The position numbers and the translations under genes were made by a program. This document shows positions 28,406-37,919 of a stretch of 64,000 bases of DNA, piece by piece. Numbering within the stretch: position 1 is the stretch's first letter; each line of letters begins with the position of its first letter. A model generated the notes under the pieces. It was not told where the DNA came from. It made no database searches and saw only the letters and a program-made list of their open reading frames with translations. Source of the stretch: an uncultured Gammaproteobacteria bacterium (GTDB taxonomy: Bacteria; Patescibacteriota; Patescibacteriia; UBA1558; S5-K13); contig CAZXFD010000001.1 in the NCBI GenBank assembly GCA_964640635.1, positions 177,302 to 241,301 on the forward strand, read 5' to 3'.

Positions 28406-29632
28406 ATGAATAAAAAAAAGATAGCAGTGATCGGGGGTGGTCCCGCAGGAATGATGGCTTCTGTTGTTGCTTCAGAAAATCCAGAAAATGATGTCTATTT
28501 GTTTGAAAAAAATGATATACTTGGCAAGAAATTACTTATCACAGGCTCCGGAAGATGTAATATTACAAATGCAGAGTCAGACGTTCATAAATTTATTGAA
28601 CGATATGGTAAAAATGGAAAATTTTTATTCAGTTCTTTTAGCAGGTTTTTTAATAATGATTTATTGGCCTTTTTTGAAAATTTAGGAGTTAGATTTGTTA
28701 CAGAGCGAGGAGGAAGGGTTTTCCCGGAAAGTAATGATGCAAATGAAGTTACAAATGCTTTGATAAAAAAGTTGAAAGATAATAATGTAAAGATTAATTT
28801 AAATCATGAATTAAAAGACATTAAACTAGTTGACGATAAATTTAAATTAGTATTTAAAAATAGTGAATTTTTAGCTGATAAAGTAATAATAACGTGTGGA
28901 GGAAAATCTTATCCAGGAACTGGTTCAACGGGGGAGATGTTTAAGATTATCCAAAAATTAGGACATAAAATTGTAGAATTAAAGCCATCTCTTGTTCCAC
29001 TTGGCTTGGAAGAGGCTTTCGTAAAAGACTTAGAGGGCTTGTCTTTGAAAAACGTAGAGGCAAATATTTTAAAGAATAATAAAATTATTGTAAAAAGATT
29101 TGGTGAAATGTTGTTTACGGATAGGGGGGTATCAGGGCCTATTATTTTTGAAATAAGTAAATATATTTGTAGAGAAAACCCAAGTAACTTGACTCTTTTA
29201 GTTGATCTCAAACCAGCACTATCGCTAGAACAGTTGAATAATCGCATAAGACGAGAAATGTTAGACAAAAATATTATTTTTAAAAACTTACTTAGATTAT
29301 TGTTGCCAATTAGGTTAGCAGATTTATTTATAGATTTACTTTGTATTGATGAAGATAAAAAGATAAAACATCTAAGCAAAGAGGAAATCAACAGATTATG
29401 TAATCTGCTAAAACATTTTGAATTACATATTACAGATTTGGGGAATTTTTATCACTCAATTGTTACTTCAGGTGGAGTTGATATTAAAAGTATTAATCCG
29501 AAAACAATGGAATCAAAAATAGTTTCAAATCTTTATTTTGCAGGAGAAGTAATAGATATAGATGGCGAAACCGGTGGGTATAATCTTCAAGCAGCATTTT
29601 CAATGGGATTTGTGGCTGGAAAATCTGTGTGA
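28406..29632 (+). CDS. HI0933/YhiN-family flavoprotein oxidoreductase
   Basis: IGGGPAGM, GKKLLITGSGRCNITN, GGYNLQAAFSMG. Confidence 0.93.
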   Translation: MNKKKIAVIGGGPAGMMASVVASENPENDVYLFEKNDILGKKLLITGSGRCNITNAESDVHKFIERYGKNGKFLFSSFSRFFNNDLLAFFENLGVRFVTERGGRVFPESNDANEVTNALIKKLKDNNVKINLNHELKDIKLVDDKFKLVFKNSEFLADKVIITCGGKSYPGTGSTGEMFKIIQKLGHKIVELKPSLVPLGLEEAFVKDLEGLSLKNVEANILKNNKIIVKRFGEMLFTDRGVSGPIIFEISKYICRENPSNLTLLVDLKPALSLEQLNNRIRREMLDKNIIFKNLLRLLLPIRLADLFIDLLCIDEDKKIKHLSKEEINRLCNLLKHFELHITDLGNFYHSIVTSGGVDIKSINPKTMESKIVSNLYFAGEVIDIDGETGGYNLQAAFSMGFVAGKSV

Positions 29633-29666
29633 TTATTGCCAACCTTGGTTTCAGTTGATAGTAAAT

Positions 29667-29693
29667 AAAAAAAGGTGGATTATTCCACCTTTT
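29667..29693. terminator. Terminator overlapping the stop of the cassette gene
   Basis: AAAAGGTGGA..TCCACCTTTT. Confidence 0.7.
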
Positions 29694-29895
29694 GTTGTAG
29701 TTCATTAAAATTCTTGATGAAGACTTTGAAATCTTCTTCGTCCTTAATACAAATATAGGCAATGTCATCTGCATCTAGTTTTCCATCTGGAAATTGACTC
29801 TCGAATTTTTTTTCAAATTCGAATTTTTTCTCAGGTGGAATATTCAGAACAAATCTTGCGCAACGACAGGACTCTTCAATTGTGACTTCTTCCAT
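29680..29895 (-). CDS. Small orphan protein (cassette gene)
   Basis: SD AAGGGAG, 71 aa open frame. Confidence 0.65.
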   Translation of the reverse strand: MEEVTIEESCRCARFVLNIPPEKKFEFEKKFESQFPDGKLDADDIAYICIKDEEDFKVFIKNFNELQQKVE

Positions 29896-29910
29896 TTATT
29901 CTCCCTTGTT

Positions 29911-30355
29911 TTATGTTTTCGTGCTATTGAATCTTTTCAGAAAATCTTCAAAGGCTTTTGCTCTTTTTCTGCTATTGTAGCAATGTCATTTATAGAAAGT
30001 TTGTCATATGGAAATTTTTTGCCAAAACTTGTTCTAAAGTTTTTGTTGGATGTGACAGAAATGCTTAGATTAAAGCATATGAAGTGTTCTAGTTTTTTGA
30101 TTTTTATTGATTTTGTACCGCGCTCTTCTTTGAACCCATCAACAAAGCTTATGAATAGATCTCTTTTGTCCCAAGGAATTGTTATAGTACAAAACTTTAT
30201 TCCAAAAATAAATTCTCCGCCGGAAAATTTTCCCTTGAAGTCCTTTTCAAATAAATCTTTAAAACCACCGTCTTTAAAGGTCGCATGGAAATAAGCTAAA
30301 TCTTTTTTCCATTGGGCTTTAGTGCTACGTGAGATTGTGTTTCATTAGTTTTCAT
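29911..30355 (-). pseudogene. Frameshifted orphan gene (about 147 aa if repaired)
   Basis: Promoter and SD AGGAGG-ATG at 30355; long open frame in a shifted phase; second shift near 29970. Confidence 0.65.
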
Positions 30356-30460
30356 TTTTCCTCCTACTATAGTTTATTAATAATGAATATTATATATTTT
30401 TTAGTGTTTTGTCAATTTATGAAAGAAAGATGCTATAATAAATGTATTATTAAATAGAGT

Positions 30461-31021
30461 ATGGAAAATGAGTTAATAGAAAAATCTGATGAAGAATTGG
30501 TTGCGATGACCTTGTTCAATAAGGAGTCTTTTGTATTTTTGGTAAAAAAATATGAAAAACAATTATTGCGATATATTCTTAGAATTTCAAATATTTCTCA
30601 CGAAGAGGCAGAGGATGCTTTGCAGGAAGTATTTATAAAGGTTTATAGAAACTTAAATGAATTTGACAAGAGTCTTAAGTTTTCATCTTGGATCTATAGA
30701 ATAGCTCATAATGAAACAATAAATTACTATAGAAAATCAAAGGCAAGGCCAGAAAAAATTGAGCTAAATGAGGATTCGGATTTGATAGAAAATTTAATGT
30801 CAGATTTAAACACAGAACATGAAATAGATAATAAAATATTAAGAGATAAATTATTAAAAATATTAGATTCAGTAGATATAAAATACAAAGAAGTAGTATA
30901 TTTAAAATTTTTTGAAGAAAGAAGCTATGAAGAAATTTCAGATATATTAAAAAAACCCATAGGAAGTGTATCTATTCTTATAAGTCGTGCTAAAAAGAAA
31001 TTAAAAAAATTATTAATATAA
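30461..31021 (+). CDS. ECF RNA polymerase sigma factor (SigW-like)
   Basis: AEDALQEVFIKVY, FSSWIYRIAHN, SYEEISDIL..PIGSV. Confidence 0.93.
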   Translation: MENELIEKSDEELVAMTLFNKESFVFLVKKYEKQLLRYILRISNISHEEAEDALQEVFIKVYRNLNEFDKSLKFSSWIYRIAHNETINYYRKSKARPEKIELNEDSDLIENLMSDLNTEHEIDNKILRDKLLKILDSVDIKYKEVVYLKFFEERSYEEISDILKKPIGSVSILISRAKKKLKKLLI

Positions 31022-31026
31022 AAATT

Positions 31027-31788
31027 ATGTCATTACAAGATAAATTATTAGAAAAAATCAAGAACATAAAACCAAGATCAAAATCATATTTTATTATAAA
31101 AAATATTTTGTATTGGTTGTTCTTTGTTGTTTTTGTGATTGTTGGTGCAGTTTCTACTTCTATTATTATTTTTATTGCAAAACATAATGATTGGGATATT
31201 CATCGATATGCAAATGATAGTATGTTGTCTTTTTTCTTTTTAACAATTCCATATATTTGGGTTTTTGTATTGCTAGTGTTTGTTGTTCTAGCATATTACA
31301 ACTTGAAACGCACCAAGAGGGCATATAAATATAAACTTTATAGCATTGTTTTATCCAGTATATTTTTAAGTATTGTGCTGGGTTTTATTTTGTATAATAT
31401 TGGTTTTGCGAAAACAATACAAACTTCTCTAGTAAAAAATATTTCAAGTTACAATAAAATGTTTTGCGAAAGAGCATCTCTCTGGCATCGGCCAGAGCGG
31501 GGAGTGATTGTAGGTCAAATAAAGGAGATAAATAATAATGAATTCATATTACAAGATCCTTATATGGAAAATTGGACAGTTATTTATGATAAAAATTTAG
31601 TTGGTATGAGTGATTTAATGATTGACAACAAAATAAAGGCATTAGGTTATCAAAAAGAACAAAGGAGTTTTTTTGCGGCTGAAATAAGAGAGTCTAGTTG
31701 TGGCTGTGGACATATCAATTGTAAATGTGGGCAAAGTGAAACAAAAATAAATAATATGCGTAATAATAAGTGTGGAGCTAATAATTAA
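31027..31788 (+). CDS. Putative membrane anti-sigma factor with a Cys-rich tail
   Basis: Follows the ECF gene by 5 bp; 3 TM helices, beta-rich domain, SCGCGHINCKCG. Confidence 0.7.
   Translation: MSLQDKLLEKIKNIKPRSKSYFIIKNILYWLFFVVFVIVGAVSTSIIIFIAKHNDWDIHRYANDSMLSFFFLTIPYIWVFVLLVFVVLAYYNLKRTKRAYKYKLYSIVLSSIFLSIVLGFILYNIGFAKTIQTSLVKNISSYNKMFCERASLWHRPERGVIVGQIKEINNNEFILQDPYMENWTVIYDKNLVGMSDLMIDNKIKALGYQKEQRSFFAAEIRESSCGCGHINCKCGQSETKINNMRNNKCGANN
31737..31762 (+). promoter_or_regulatory. ECF (sigmaW-type) promoter
   Basis: TGAAAC-N16-CGTA, exact match to the B. subtilis SigW consensus. Confidence 0.72.
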
Positions 31789-31791
31789 TTT

Positions 31792-31809
31792 TTCTCGCAG
31801 TGGCGGGAC
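31792..31809. repeat. GC palindrome
   Basis: TCTCGC-AGTG-GCGGGA. Confidence 0.6.
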
Positions 31810-31817
31810 AAAAAAAT

Positions 31818-32111
31818 ATGCAAAATAAACACGTAGTATTTGTATCAGCAGCAGCACTTATTCTAACGATGGGAATAGTCGGCATTACAAATGCCTATTC
31901 ACTTTCAAAGAATAAAACAGTAAGCACAGAAACAGTAGAAAAATGTTCTTGTGGTTGCAACAAAGATAAGAAAGATTGCTCTTGCAATGGAACGGGTTCT
32001 TGTTTAAATAAACAAAATAAGAATAAAGGAGTTGGTGTTACATGTGGATCTAATAATGTTGAAAGTGGTGCTGGAGGTGCCAAAAAAAGTTGTGGATGCA
32101 AAACCCAATAA
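31818..32111 (+). CDS. Exported Cys-rich, metallothionein-like protein
   Basis: Signal peptide; CSCGC, CSC..C, C, CGC (9 Cys) in a Lys/Gly/Asn-rich low-complexity body. Confidence 0.7.
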   Translation: MQNKHVVFVSAAALILTMGIVGITNAYSLSKNKTVSTETVEKCSCGCNKDKKDCSCNGTGSCLNKQNKNKGVGVTCGSNNVESGAGGAKKSCGCKTQ

Positions 32112-32130
32112 TAAATTTTATAACGTTTTT

Positions 32131-32162
32131 AAAACCCAGTTTCTTGTAAGGGGCTGGGTTTT
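32131..32162. terminator. Bidirectional terminator
   Basis: AAAACCCAG..CTGGGTTTT. Confidence 0.75.
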
Positions 32163-32850
32163 ATAATATATCTATTTTTTGTATCGTTTTGTATTTGCCT
32201 ATTTTGATATCTCCTAGGTCTAGTTTTCCTATTTTTATTCTTACAAGACTCATTACCTCACATTCAATAGCTTGCATCATGAGTCTTATTTGTCTTTTTC
32301 TTCCTTCGTAAATAGTGATATGTAGTAGTGCTGTGTTTTTGTTTTGTTTTATAATTTTTACAATTGCAGGGAGTGTTTTTTTGCGCTCTATGATTATGCC
32401 GTTTTGTAATTGAGAAATTTTATTTCTATCAATAAATCCTTTAACAAAGACTTCATATGTTTTTGCAAGTTTATATTTTGGATGTGTCAGTTCATTTGCA
32501 AAATCTCCATCACTAGTAAGAATTAATAATCCTTCGGAATCATAGTCTAGTCGGCCAATATATTTTAGATCTTGAAGTTTTTCTGGTAATAATTCATATA
32601 TTGTTTTTCTACCAAATTCATCTATGCGACTGACGATATAATTTTTTGGTTTATTAAGTGCTATATAAATATTGGAAGTTGTGTTTTTCAAAATTTTACC
32701 ACCATATTTTACATAGTCATTTTCATTTATTTGAGTAGATAGATCTTGGCAAACTTTTCCATTTACAATAATTTCGCCATTTTTGATGAGCTCCTCAACG
32801 TTTCGGCGTGAACCAAGATTACATTTAGCTAAAAATTTATTTATTCTCAT
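32161..32850 (-). CDS. rRNA pseudouridine synthase (RsuA/RluB family)
   Basis: S4 domain; GRLDYDSEGLL; EGRKRQIR. Confidence 0.93.
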   Translation of the reverse strand: MRINKFLAKCNLGSRRNVEELIKNGEIIVNGKVCQDLSTQINENDYVKYGGKILKNTTSNIYIALNKPKNYIVSRIDEFGRKTIYELLPEKLQDLKYIGRLDYDSEGLLILTSDGDFANELTHPKYKLAKTYEVFVKGFIDRNKISQLQNGIIIERKKTLPAIVKIIKQNKNTALLHITIYEGRKRQIRLMMQAIECEVMSLVRIKIGKLDLGDIKIGKYKTIQKIDIL

Positions 32851-32881
32851 ATTTAGAATGATAGCATTTAATTGGGAAAAG

Positions 32882-32911
32882 AAAAACCGCCAAATCGAAT
32901 GCTTTGGCGGT
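32882..32911 (-). terminator. Terminator of the glycoside hydrolase cassette
   Basis: ACCGCCAAA..TTTGGCGGT followed by T-run on the minus strand. Confidence 0.75.
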
Positions 32912-32916
32912 ATATA

Positions 32917-34065
32917 TTATTGAAACATTGGTTTTGTGCTTAAATCGGCACTAAACGGAGATGGACCTTTTTCTAGTAAAATAGCATTACTTGGATTGTC
33001 TGGATTGAAGTAGCTATTATGCCAGAAAATATATTTGAGCCAATTTTCTCCGCTTCCAAGGTCCATGAGGGCTTTTGCATAGTTTGCTTGCCCCACGTAA
33101 TTAGTAACTTTGCCTGAGAGCGTATTTGCATCCCATGCCCAGCCAACGTATCCATTTGTAAGAGGATATTTGACGCTAGGGCAGGATGTCTCTGCAATTA
33201 CAAATGGAACACCCGTTTGATTGTAAATCTGCTTGCAAAATCCAAATATTGGACTAAGAGCGGTTTTTAGGGAACTTAGGCTAGGGATTTCTTCATCTGA
33301 TAATCCTGGATACATTGTCATGCCAAGGATATCAAAGTTTGAGCAAAAGTTATTACTTACTTGATAGAATTCACAATCTGGGAATTGTTGTGAAGATCTA
33401 TTATATGCTCCACCATTAAAGTAATAACTCACTGATCCACTGTAAATAGTTTTTATGGAATCAACTAGTGCGTGCCAATAGGCATCTTTATCTGGTGTTG
33501 TGAGTAAGATGTTCTCTTGTCCAATATTGAGAATATCAATTTCCTGAAATTCACAAAATTGGGCATCGATTCTTATCTTATTCCAGAAGTTTGTGAAGAA
33601 ATATTGAGTATTTGATGGGTTAAAATTTCCCCTCCAAATTTCTCCATATCCATTATACCATCCAGACCCACGTCCAATAGGACATATTTCAATAGCATAT
33701 TGGACTTTCATCCCATAGCTTTTTGCCCTGGTAGTCATTTGGGCAAGCTCAATATATGAATAATTGCTCCATCCAGGATCTTCAGCGGGAAATTCTTCGT
33801 GAGGGTAATATGAGTTAATCCCGTCGAAATAGTAAACTTTGTAAAAAGTTACTTGTCCAATGCCACGACTAGCAAGTGAGTCTATTCTTGCTAAAATGTT
33901 TGGTAAGGCACCATTTTGATAGTAATCACCGTAGTATTTTCTATCAAAGTTTACTCCAAACTTATTTCTTCCATCTTGTGGATCAATATTTACGTCTACC
34001 GGATTTTTTGATGTGCATGACGTAAAAAATAGCAACAGTAATATGGCACAAAATATATTTCTCAT
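32917..34065 (-). CDS. Lipoprotein with a clan GH-A TIM barrel (GH113-like glycoside hydrolase)
   Basis: Lipobox FTSC; WRG..P, IGQE, 'WHALVDSIKTIYSGSVSY', IAET, FW; start set by SD GGGAGG. Confidence 0.72.
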   Translation of the reverse strand: MRNIFCAILLLLFFTSCTSKNPVDVNIDPQDGRNKFGVNFDRKYYGDYYQNGALPNILARIDSLASRGIGQVTFYKVYYFDGINSYYPHEEFPAEDPGWSNYSYIELAQMTTRAKSYGMKVQYAIEICPIGRGSGWYNGYGEIWRGNFNPSNTQYFFTNFWNKIRIDAQFCEFQEIDILNIGQENILLTTPDKDAYWHALVDSIKTIYSGSVSYYFNGGAYNRSSQQFPDCEFYQVSNNFCSNFDILGMTMYPGLSDEEIPSLSSLKTALSPIFGFCKQIYNQTGVPFVIAETSCPSVKYPLTNGYVGWAWDANTLSGKVTNYVGQANYAKALMDLGSGENWLKYIFWHNSYFNPDNPSNAILLEKGPSPFSADLSTKPMFQ

Positions 34066-34224
34066 TTTTTCCTCCCAAATTGATTTTATTGTGAACATTG
34101 TATACTACAATATATTTGTAAAAAAAGCAAGTGATGTGATTATGTAGATAAATGGTTTATTTTTAGTTTTATTTTATTGGGTTTAGAGATTTTAGGCGTC
34201 AATAAAACATGTTTTTTACTTAAC

Positions 34225-34233
34225 TTATCCACA
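34225..34233 (+). promoter_or_regulatory. DnaA box
   Basis: Perfect TTATCCACA just upstream of the mraZ -35. Confidence 0.6.
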
Positions 34234-34244
34234 GATAACGAGTG

Positions 34245-34310
34245 TTGAAAAAAGGTCTTTAGTGGTGTATAATATAAGTAAGGTGGTGAGAAGTGGAGAA
34301 TGTTGGGGAT
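34245..34310 (+). promoter_or_regulatory. mraZ promoter with MraZ-binding direct repeats
   Basis: TTGAAA-17-TATAAT, then GTGGTG / GTGGAG / TTGGGG at about 10-bp period. Confidence 0.8.
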
Positions 34311-34362
34311 AACTATTTTCTCTCTACTAAACGTTAAACACTAAAAACTAAACTCTAATTCA

Positions 34363-34794
34363 ATGTTTATAGGTGAATACAATCACATAATAGATGAAAA
34401 AGGAAGATTGGCATTGCCAATTAAGTTTAGAACTGAATTTAAATCTGGGGCAGTTGTAACACGAGGACTCGACAACTGTCTTTTTGTTTTCACAAAAAAA
34501 TCATGGAACGAACTTGCTGATAAATTATCAAAGTTACCAATATCACAATCAAAGTCTCGTGCTTTTGCAAGACTTATGCTTGCTGGTGCAATGGACGTGA
34601 GGCTCGATAGTCAAGGAAGAATTATATTACCAGAATATTTAAGAGTTTTTTCAAAATTAAATAAAAAAGCAATTGTTGCGGGCGTCTTCAATAGACTAGA
34701 GATTTGGGATGAGAATTTGTGGAATATATATAAAACAGACGTTGAAAATAAATCAATTGAAATAGCAAATGAATTAGGTGATTTAGGAATCTAA
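34363..34794 (+). CDS. mraZ: Division/cell-wall cluster repressor MraZ
   Basis: MFIGEY.H.IDEKGR, DSQGRI, RLEIW. Confidence 0.97.
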   Translation: MFIGEYNHIIDEKGRLALPIKFRTEFKSGAVVTRGLDNCLFVFTKKSWNELADKLSKLPISQSKSRAFARLMLAGAMDVRLDSQGRIILPEYLRVFSKLNKKAIVAGVFNRLEIWDENLWNIYKTDVENKSIEIANELGDLGI

Positions 34795-34798
34795 AAAA

Positions 34799-35734
34799 AT
34801 GAAACCACATATACCAGTATTATTAAATGAAGTAATTGAAGGATTAAATTTAAAATCAAATCAGAATGTTATTGACGCAACTTTAGGAGGTGGGGGGCAT
34901 AGCGAGGTGATACTAGAGAAGATTGCACCGAGTGGCATAGTAATAGGATTTGATTTAGATAGCTCTGCAATTGAAATAGCAAAAAAAAGATTAGAGAAAT
35001 TTGGAGATAGAGTCATTTATATTAACGATAATTATCAAAATCTAAAAAAATATGAATCACAATTTGATTTTGGAATTAATGCAGTATTACTTGACCTTGG
35101 TCTCTCATTGTATCAATTGCAAGATAAAAGTAGAGGATTTTCTTTTTTAGATGAATCTGGTCTTGATATGAAATACAATAAAGACGAAGATGGCCCCGAT
35201 GCAAAGCATATTATTAATAATTATAAAGAAGAGGATCTTGTAAAAATTTTTATAGATTTTGGGGAAGAAAAGTTAGCAAAACAAATTACAAGAGAAATAA
35301 TTGCTTTTAGGAAAACAACAGAAATAAGTACTGGATCACAATTGTCAGAAATTATTACAAGAGTTTATAGAAGATTTTATAAGAAACATTCTAGAACCAA
35401 TCCAGCTACAAAAGTATTCCAGGCACTTAGAATTTATATAAATAAGGAATTTGAAAATATAGAAAATTTTTTACCAGATGCAATTAATATTTTAGAGCCA
35501 GGAGGAAGGTTCGTGGTTATTAGTTATCACTCTTTAGAGGATAGAATTATTAAAAATTATTTTAGAACAGAATCTAGAGATTGCATATGCCCTCTTGAAC
35601 TTCCAGAATGTCGTTGTAATCATAAAGCAAGTATAAAAATCATAAATAAAGGTGTTATTGTTCCGACAAGTGATGAAACAAAAGCTAATTCAGCATCAGA
35701 GAGTGCAAAAATGAGAATAGTAGAAAAAATTTAG
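34799..35734 (+). CDS. rsmH: 16S rRNA m4C1402 methyltransferase
   Basis: HIPVLL.E, DATLGGGGH, FQALRI, SYHSLEDR. Confidence 0.97.
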   Translation: MKPHIPVLLNEVIEGLNLKSNQNVIDATLGGGGHSEVILEKIAPSGIVIGFDLDSSAIEIAKKRLEKFGDRVIYINDNYQNLKKYESQFDFGINAVLLDLGLSLYQLQDKSRGFSFLDESGLDMKYNKDEDGPDAKHIINNYKEEDLVKIFIDFGEEKLAKQITREIIAFRKTTEISTGSQLSEIITRVYRRFYKKHSRTNPATKVFQALRIYINKEFENIENFLPDAINILEPGGRFVVISYHSLEDRIIKNYFRTESRDCICPLELPECRCNHKASIKIINKGVIVPTSDETKANSASESAKMRIVEKI

Positions 35735-35769
35735 TTATTTGCTGTCAGTTTATATAAAAAACAAAAGTT

Positions 35770-35836
35770 AAATGATTTGGGGAAAGGGGAAAAGGAAGTT
35801 TCAAAAAAAGCTTTATCCTTATCCCCACGTCATTTG
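35770..35836. repeat. Imperfect hairpin in the rsmH-ftsL spacer
   Basis: AAATGA.TGGGGAAAGG...CCTTATCCCCA..TCATTT. Confidence 0.5.
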
Positions 35837-35857
35837 GCAACAATAATTTAAATAATT

Positions 35858-36184
35858 ATGAAAACAAAAACAAAAAATAGAATGAAGTTTAATAAGAAAT
35901 TTATATTTATAAGTAATATTTGCTTGGTGTTTGTATTTTTTCTCTCCTTGTTTGTAAATTTGATAGCCTCAACTCAAGCAGCAACAGAAGGATTTGTAAT
36001 TAAGAATCTAAATTCAAAATTGGCAGATTTAAAAAATGATAATAAGGAATTAAATATTGTATCTGCTCAATTGCAATCAATCGCGAGAATTCAAGAAGTT
36101 TCAGCAAAGGAATTAGGTATGGTAGGAGATAAAGACATTAATTATTTTGTAACAAAACAAGAAGAAACGATTGCAGTAAGATAA
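35858..36184 (+). CDS. ftsL: FtsL-like cell division protein
   Basis: TM plus coiled coil, 'RIQEVSAKELGM'; between rsmH and ftsI. Confidence 0.72.
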   Translation: MKTKTKNRMKFNKKFIFISNICLVFVFFLSLFVNLIASTQAATEGFVIKNLNSKLADLKNDNKELNIVSAQLQSIARIQEVSAKELGMVGDKDINYFVTKQEETIAVR

Positions 36185-36197
36185 AATATAACTATAT

Positions 36198-37919
36198 ATG
36201 ATTGGTAGACATAATAAACAAAAATTTGATAGACCATATCTTGTTTTTGTTTTTATGTCTATTTTTATTTTGCTTATAATAGCTAGATTATTTTTTTTAC
36301 AAGTTATAAATAGAGAAGAATATGTAGTAAGAGCACAAAATCAGTATTTTATAAAAGCAGTAGAGAGTCCAAAAAGAGGTGATATCTATTTTTCTATGGG
36401 AAAAGAAAATCAAAAATATCCAATAGCAACTAGTAAAATTTATTATCAGCTTTATGCAGTGCCACGAGATATAGTAGATCCAGAAAAAGTAAGTCAAGAT
36501 TTAGCAAATATTTTGAATCTAGATAAAGAAACTATTTTTGATAGATTATCAAAGCCAAATGATCTTTATGAGCCTATTAAAAATAAAATAACAGAAAGCG
36601 ATGCTCAAAAAATTAAAGATTTAAAATATGAAGGGCTTAATTTTGTAAAAGAAAGTTTTAGATATTATCCGAGTGGTGATTTGGCAAGTCAGGTATTGGG
36701 ATTTGTGAGTTATAAAGACAACACAACTATAGGAACTTATGGACTTGAAGGATATTGGGATAATGTACTTAGAGGATTAGAAGCGGAAAATAATTCTGAA
36801 AAAGATGCTTATGGAAATTTGATAACAATAGGGGATAGAGAAGTAAAGCAGGCCATAAATGGTTCTGATTTATATCTTACTATAGATCAAGCAATAGAGA
36901 GCTTTGTTTGTTCGGAATTAAAACTTGGAGTTGAAGAGTATGGGGCAAAAAGTGGTTCTGCTATTGTTGTTGATCCTCAAAATGGAGATATACTGGCAAT
37001 GTGCAATTATCCATCATATGATCCAAATAATTATTCAAAAGTCGAGGACTCAAATATTTATAATAATAATGCAATTTTTACAGCTTATGAACCAGGATCT
37101 GTTTTCAAACCGATTACGATGGCGATGGGACTTGATTTGTCTTTGGTTGAGCCAAGTACAACCTATACCGACACAGGAAAGTTGACATTAGATGGATATA
37201 CTATTCAAAACTCAGATTATAAAGCAAATGGAGTGCAAACAATGGTCAATGTTTTAGAAAAATCATTGAACACTGGTGCAAGTTTTGTTGGTGAAAAAGT
37301 TGGAAGAGAAAGATTTTTAGATTATGCCAAAAAGTTTGGTTTTGCTAAATTAACTGATATTGAGCTAAAAACAGAATCTGAGGGAGATTTGAGAAATTTG
37401 AATAAAAAAGGTAAGATATTTTTAGCAACAGCTTCTTTTGGCCAAGGTATTACAGCAACGCCAATTCAGCTTGTAATGGCATACGCTAGTTTGACAAACG
37501 GGGGTTATTTGTATAAACCTAGAATAGTGGAAAAAATAGTAAATCCAGATGGTAAAGAAGTTGAAATAGCCCCAAAAATAATAAGAAGAGTCATATCAGA
37601 GAAGACTTCAAAAGAAATAAGAGCTATGCTTATATCAGTTATTGAAAATGGTCATACAAAATCAGCCCAATCAAAGCATTATTATGTTGGGGGAAAAACG
37701 GGAACAGCTCAAGCAACAGATTATGGTTCAAGGGGATATGTTGAAGGAAAAACAAATCAAACCTTTATTGGCTTTGGACCATCTAGAAATCCAAAATTTG
37801 TAATTCTTACAAAGTTTGAGTCTCCTCAAAGAGAGTGGGCCGAATCAACAGCGGGAAGATTGTTTGTTAAGATATCTGAATTTTTATTTGATTATTATAA
37901 ATTATCGCCAGAAAAATAA
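36198..37919 (+). CDS. ftsI: Class B penicillin-binding protein (FtsI/PBP3)
   Basis: EPGSVFK, SLN, KTGT. Confidence 0.9.
   Translation: MIGRHNKQKFDRPYLVFVFMSIFILLIIARLFFLQVINREEYVVRAQNQYFIKAVESPKRGDIYFSMGKENQKYPIATSKIYYQLYAVPRDIVDPEKVSQDLANILNLDKETIFDRLSKPNDLYEPIKNKITESDAQKIKDLKYEGLNFVKESFRYYPSGDLASQVLGFVSYKDNTTIGTYGLEGYWDNVLRGLEAENNSEKDAYGNLITIGDREVKQAINGSDLYLTIDQAIESFVCSELKLGVEEYGAKSGSAIVVDPQNGDILAMCNYPSYDPNNYSKVEDSNIYNNNAIFTAYEPGSVFKPITMAMGLDLSLVEPSTTYTDTGKLTLDGYTIQNSDYKANGVQTMVNVLEKSLNTGASFVGEKVGRERFLDYAKKFGFAKLTDIELKTESEGDLRNLNKKGKIFLATASFGQGITATPIQLVMAYASLTNGGYLYKPRIVEKIVNPDGKEVEIAPKIIRRVISEKTSKEIRAMLISVIENGHTKSAQSKHYYVGGKTGTAQATDYGSRGYVEGKTNQTFIGFGPSRNPKFVILTKFESPQREWAESTAGRLFVKISEFLFDYYKLSPEK

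Noticed and set aside
29794-30294. 166-aa plus-strand ORF
   Set aside because: Antisense shadow of the frameshifted minus-strand gene, which has the promoter, SD and terminator.
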